A program made the position numbers and the translations under genes. Shown one piece after another: positions 30,401 to 31,863 of a DNA stretch of 31,863 nt. Below the pieces are notes generated by a model. It was not told the origin of the DNA. It saw only the letters and a program-made list of their open reading frames with translations, and searched no databases. The DNA is from a virus: positions 1-31,863 of the IMG/VR virus record IMGVR_UViG_3300031867_006616. One strand, given 5' to 3'. The first letter of the stretch is position 1, and every line of letters begins with the position of its first letter.

Positions 30401-31206
30401 CACATAGTCAAAGCCATAGAACCTATTCTTCTTGGCAAGTAACTCATCTTATCCAAGTCATTACCTTGTGTTCTTGTAGAGTTTTGCCTTTTCTGTTCAG
30501 ATGTTTGTTGCTTTTCAACACCAAGAATCTGCTCCTCTAAAGCCAATTCTTCACGAAGAAGAGCCAACTCCTCATCAGTCATAGCCAAAATATCTTTAAC
30601 ATTAGTAGCAACACCATTACGAATAGCCATATCAGACTCATTAATAGCCCTAATCTGCTCTTGGAGTTGCACTTGTTCTGCATAAAGACTCATCTCTTCT
30701 GCAAGACCATTCTTGAATAAGTTTTCAGAAGCAATCATTTCCTCTTCATAAGTAAGGTTCTTTTTGATTTCATTGCCTTGTCTTATGATTTCTCTACCAA
30801 CTTGACCTAATGCAGTAGCCCTTTTTTGAGTAACACTTACCACTTTCTCTTCAGCACTTGCTACCTTTTTCACTTCTTGACTTTCCTTTAAGATTGATTG
30901 ATTTATCTTATCAACATCTCCTTGTATAGATTCAAGTTTGCTTTTGACTTGGCTTAAACTTTCAAGGAGTCTGCTCATTCCCTCAATCTTGTTGAAAGCA
31001 GTAGTTATCTTTTCAGATTCCTCACCAACACCACGAAGTATCTTTTTCAAATCGTCCATTTGATGAGCTAATTTACTTGCACCGAAGTCAATGTTAATCC
31101 CATTGCTTAATTCATTAAGTAATGTTTTAACTTCACTAATCTTTGATTGGAATGGTTTTAAGTCAAGACTTACAACTGCCTCTATGCTTCTACCTTGTGA
31201 TGCCAT
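27460..31206 (-). CDS. Tail tape measure protein
   Basis: 1248 aa with an N-terminal helical/coiled-coil region, a central Ala/Gly/Ile-rich hydrophobic repeat region, G..LG..L..GF repeats, and a SPAKI..AI motif near the C-terminus. Sits at the head of the tail-tip cluster. Confidence 0.88.
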   Translation of the reverse strand: MASQGRSIEAVVSLDLKPFQSKISEVKTLLNELSNGINIDFGASKLAHQMDDLKKILRGVGEESEKITTAFNKIEGMSRLLESLSQVKSKLESIQGDVDKINQSILKESQEVKKVASAEEKVVSVTQKRATALGQVGREIIRQGNEIKKNLTYEEEMIASENLFKNGLAEEMSLYAEQVQLQEQIRAINESDMAIRNGVATNVKDILAMTDEELALLREELALEEQILGVEKQQTSEQKRQNSTRTQGNDLDKMSYLPRRIGSMALTMWGFNEMMDIYEKSSSNLNARGSQKYFSEALQTDQRYLNQTKQSSVQVRTEMSKLGDQLDALQKKYQKIDMTVVGANAEETAYKYGLQADKIGDLSEVMAIYGSEFVKQGRSQEDSILALNDALDGELRRLKEVNVGKEELEAHGWTGDQASMIDALKEIADERGYTLTAQNITNLNDAIETLELKISRDLVDAFEYIQPILIEVAKDFVIILEALEGLASYLNEIWKKVSTRLDIMFGVRNMQKFGDISTKVIGGLVTGLISLYIIKKVASAFKSGWNTILDVLGKTKPIDEASDSLGKLGGSTNTGGTSAPKEGGGFKDGVKGLAKNLGKMAKVFVEVAVAIAMAWALIEEAIILISAIGYTYDSLKPQFDSGIEFIKEFGLWFALLGGALLVFSYALGKVPDSAMKTIGKGAVKLATGMAIAMGLIAEAIVLLNLPLLAIASIGAVQNWQQENIESGIATIHMFADALNYIASDGTIGWFIVGFIVISGILGATADVLAIPMVIGIATSLLLVAEAIVMLIVPLGAIALLGASASALGEENINQGAETIRMIGRVLKVLAEAMVDLFVVDIATLGIMLTEKASQLLTGKTGLQALTEDIIPSLTDFISDFNGLDMGEPVDQAKVQAIQQMATDIPPLFQAIQKVNNAMGTSDAVGNIFGALGGGISGAIGMGLSSKLDQLYNDIRDVMNFANKLGGLSTANGGANANAITQTANAIAQLKVKLNLLITTISSASSRVQTASQKLGNALPTGFKTGSASFNSTVVSVLAKGISEIQSRYATFNNGGKTLGQKLVDGFKNHKPTLKTIVANEIRYALKELDGKEQSFYNKGAKLGSALSEGFESTKGLNVGSPAKIARAIAKEMEYSMLALDNGKQMMYRGGQALGRALTNGYNSYGNLRTDVGVLAQKGVSNEQLQANTKNTQLNGNHKGQTPQLTQTNINIDMSNSTVIGVQDLDTKIRQAVEKAIVSINSPNGAIGY

Positions 31207-31611
31207 TTACTTAAAAACCCCCTTGATAGCTGAATTAACATCTTTTTCAATTAAACGATACACTTCATCTTGGGATTCAAACATACCCTCACGAAGATAT
31301 AATGCTTGACCTACTCTATGCCTATATAATAAGTTTTCGTGTTGGATCATTGCATAATCATAACCAGTCTTTGGGTTTCTTGCACTATATTCAATCTCTT
31401 GGCTCATAAAATCGCCCTCAATAAGCATACCATTCGGTCGCATTACACTTGCACGAAGTCTACCAGTTTCATAAGGCACTTTCGGTTCAGTATGCTTATT
31501 GACAATCTCTAATATTTCAAATGAATCGGAAGCTACATTCTGTTTAATCTGCTCCTTAACCTTTATCAAATCGTTTCGGAACTTACCACTTCTAAATTTA
31601 AACTTTAACAT
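31207..31611 (-). CDS. HK97-gp10-like / minor virion morphogenesis protein
   Basis: VPYETGRLRAS motif, DYAMIQHE and GQALYL. Confidence 0.6.
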   Translation of the reverse strand: MLKFKFRSGKFRNDLIKVKEQIKQNVASDSFEILEIVNKHTEPKVPYETGRLRASVMRPNGMLIEGDFMSQEIEYSARNPKTGYDYAMIQHENLLYRHRVGQALYLREGMFESQDEVYRLIEKDVNSAIKGVFK

Positions 31612-31863
31612 TTATGCCTCCTCTATTAACGATTCATAAATATCCACATAATCTTCACTATCTTCAAACTTCGGTGTTGTCATCTTACCAGTCTTTGAAG
31701 AGGATTTAGACTCTAATCTGTTTTTCTCTGCCTCTTTTTGTTCAGCTTTGATGATTTCCAACTCATTATTCAATAATTGAGCGAAGATGAGATAATCCAT
31801 TTCCCAAAAGTCTTTCAAGGTTAAGCCCATACCCTTGACTCTTCTTGTGAGCAAAAAGTATTC
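31612..31863 (-). CDS. Probable tail assembly chaperone C-terminal part, 5'-truncated by the window edge
   Basis: The frame is open to position 31863 (EYFLLTRRVKGMGLTLKDFWEMDY...). G.TL.DFWEM pattern and position upstream of the tape measure gene. Confidence 0.5.
   Translation of the reverse strand, partial: EYFLLTRRVKGMGLTLKDFWEMDYLIFAQLLNNELEIIKAEQKEAEKNRLESKSSSKTGKMTTPKFEDSEDYVDIYESLIEEA

Noticed and set aside
31840-31863. Programmed frameshift for the tail assembly chaperone (G/GT type)
   Set aside because: The upstream gene and any slippery site lie outside the window, so this cannot be assessed.

Overview
This window is about 32 kb of a temperate, tailed archaeal virus (siphovirus-like Caudoviricetes) or provirus. 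The host is most likely a pseudomurein-walled Methanobacteriales species, Methanobrevibacter-like: the DNA is AT-rich, genes carry AGGTGA ribosome-binding sites and TTTATA boxes, and there are papain-fold and transglutaminase-fold wall peptidases and adhesin-type Ig/DUF11 domains. No host genes are visible. Almost everything is on the minus strand. Reading right to left: tail module (tail-assembly-chaperone fragment, HK97-gp10-like protein, 1248-aa tape measure, two 185-aa paralogues, a 2241-aa tail/adhesin protein, two hub-like proteins, four fibre-like genes), C39-type lysin, terminator, tyrosine integrase, a single plus-strand ribbon-helix-helix regulator (not in the ORF track), an early promoter, two tiny ORFs, a roughly 900-bp non-coding block, and an early/replication operon (putative SSB, MCM-like AAA+ helicase, AEP primase fused to a CHC2 zinc finger, ERCC4 nuclease, two beta-class DNA methyltransferases, dCTP deaminase, AP2-like protein). 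The most striking observation is the non-coding block at 9430-10330. It holds four sequence-divergent tRNA-like elements on the coding strand. Each keeps a 13-bp acceptor plus T-arm stack and a T-loop. Three are about 50 nt and have no anticodon arm at all, and one ends in an encoded U-CCA. They are separated by structured spacers, one of which carries a 24-bp inverted repeat around a TATA box and a mini-ORF. All family assignments come from motif recognition by eye; no database searches were run.
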